Of a stretch of DNA of 64,000 nt, positions 63,222 through 64,000 are shown piece after piece. The DNA is from the human T2T-CHM13v2.0 reference genome, Homo sapiens. The stretch lies in assembly GCF_009914755.1 (NCBI RefSeq), contig NC_060941.1; one strand, given 5' to 3'. The first letter of the stretch is position 1. Each line of letters begins with the position of its first letter. The translations under genes were made by a program, and so were the position numbers. The notes beneath the pieces were generated by a model. It saw only the letters and a list, made by a program, of their open reading frames with translations, did no database searches and was not told where the DNA came from.

Positions 63222-64000
63222 GTATGCATCTTTATTTACTTATTTATTTCTAATGCATTATTTTTATTTAAGGACCAGACATTTGCAACCCCAAATGCAA
63301 AAATACTGAAAAAGATATTCATAGCTAAAACATCATAGCCCGAAGCATAGCTAAGTCTCACAGAAGTGACAGAGTTCATTTACTTGGAAATACAAAACAG
63401 AACATCCAGTCAGCATACTGCCCTTGCTTCTTGCTCCAAAGTCTGTCGTCACTGTTTTCAATCACAGCTGCTCACCCCTTGCCTGTTCACAGTTTGGGTC
63501 GCTCACCATCCCTTGCCCACTCACATTTTTATTGAATGCACCTGTATGACTTCAGTGTACAAGGAACCATAATAATAGGGGATTTGGAGTAAAATTTTTC
63601 TTCCACTGAATATAAAAGTTCAGTAAAATAGTGGTTTAAAATAATAGATTGAGAAGTGAAGAATATATTAATCATGTTAGTGAATATATTCTCTCTACAA
63701 AAACGTGTTCTTTTAATTTTCTGGTGAGTTATTAGAGCAAAGCGATAATATAACCTCATGACTTTACTGGGTCTTCCATGTTTAATCTAACACTGATGTA
63801 CATTGATGGTTTCTTGGGTTGCAACAATAAACAACAGACCTGGCCCTTCACTTCAGGATGTCACTCTCTGATGGGGGTATAGATGGTGAACACATGGTCA
63901 CAAATGTAACCATTCAGTCCTGCAGGTGCTTCACAGTATCTGCTCTTGGATAGGGTATCCCAGTTTTCTTTTAGAGAATAACACTTGGTCCAGTTCATGT

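Overview
Primate genomic DNA, read as human and matching from memory the MBTD1/UTP18 locus at 17q21.33. Two genes diverge from one CpG-island bidirectional promoter at about 46.5-48.5 kb. MBTD1 (MBT-domain chromatin reader, NuA4/TIP60 subunit) is on the minus strand: exons 1-6 lie in the window and the gene runs off the left edge. UTP18 (WD40 SSU-processome factor) is on the plus strand: coding exons 1-6 lie in the window and the gene runs off the right edge. All coding exons have GT-AG boundaries and splice into continuous frames. The rest is intron, with roughly 60 Alu/FLAM copies, old L1, L2, L3/CR1, MIR, an MLT1 LTR and DNA-transposon fossils. Almost all other ORFs in the supplied track are Alu or L1 artefacts. 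The best lead is the MBTD1 5' end. An exon-1 ATG (MENTKDL) is in frame with the main ORF if the 64-nt exon 2 is skipped, giving a 23-aa N-terminal extension, but becomes a 12-aa uORF if exon 2 is included. Smaller leads are tandem splice sites, candidate poison exons, foreign insertions inside repeats and a template-switch hairpin. I see no wholly new multi-gene system.
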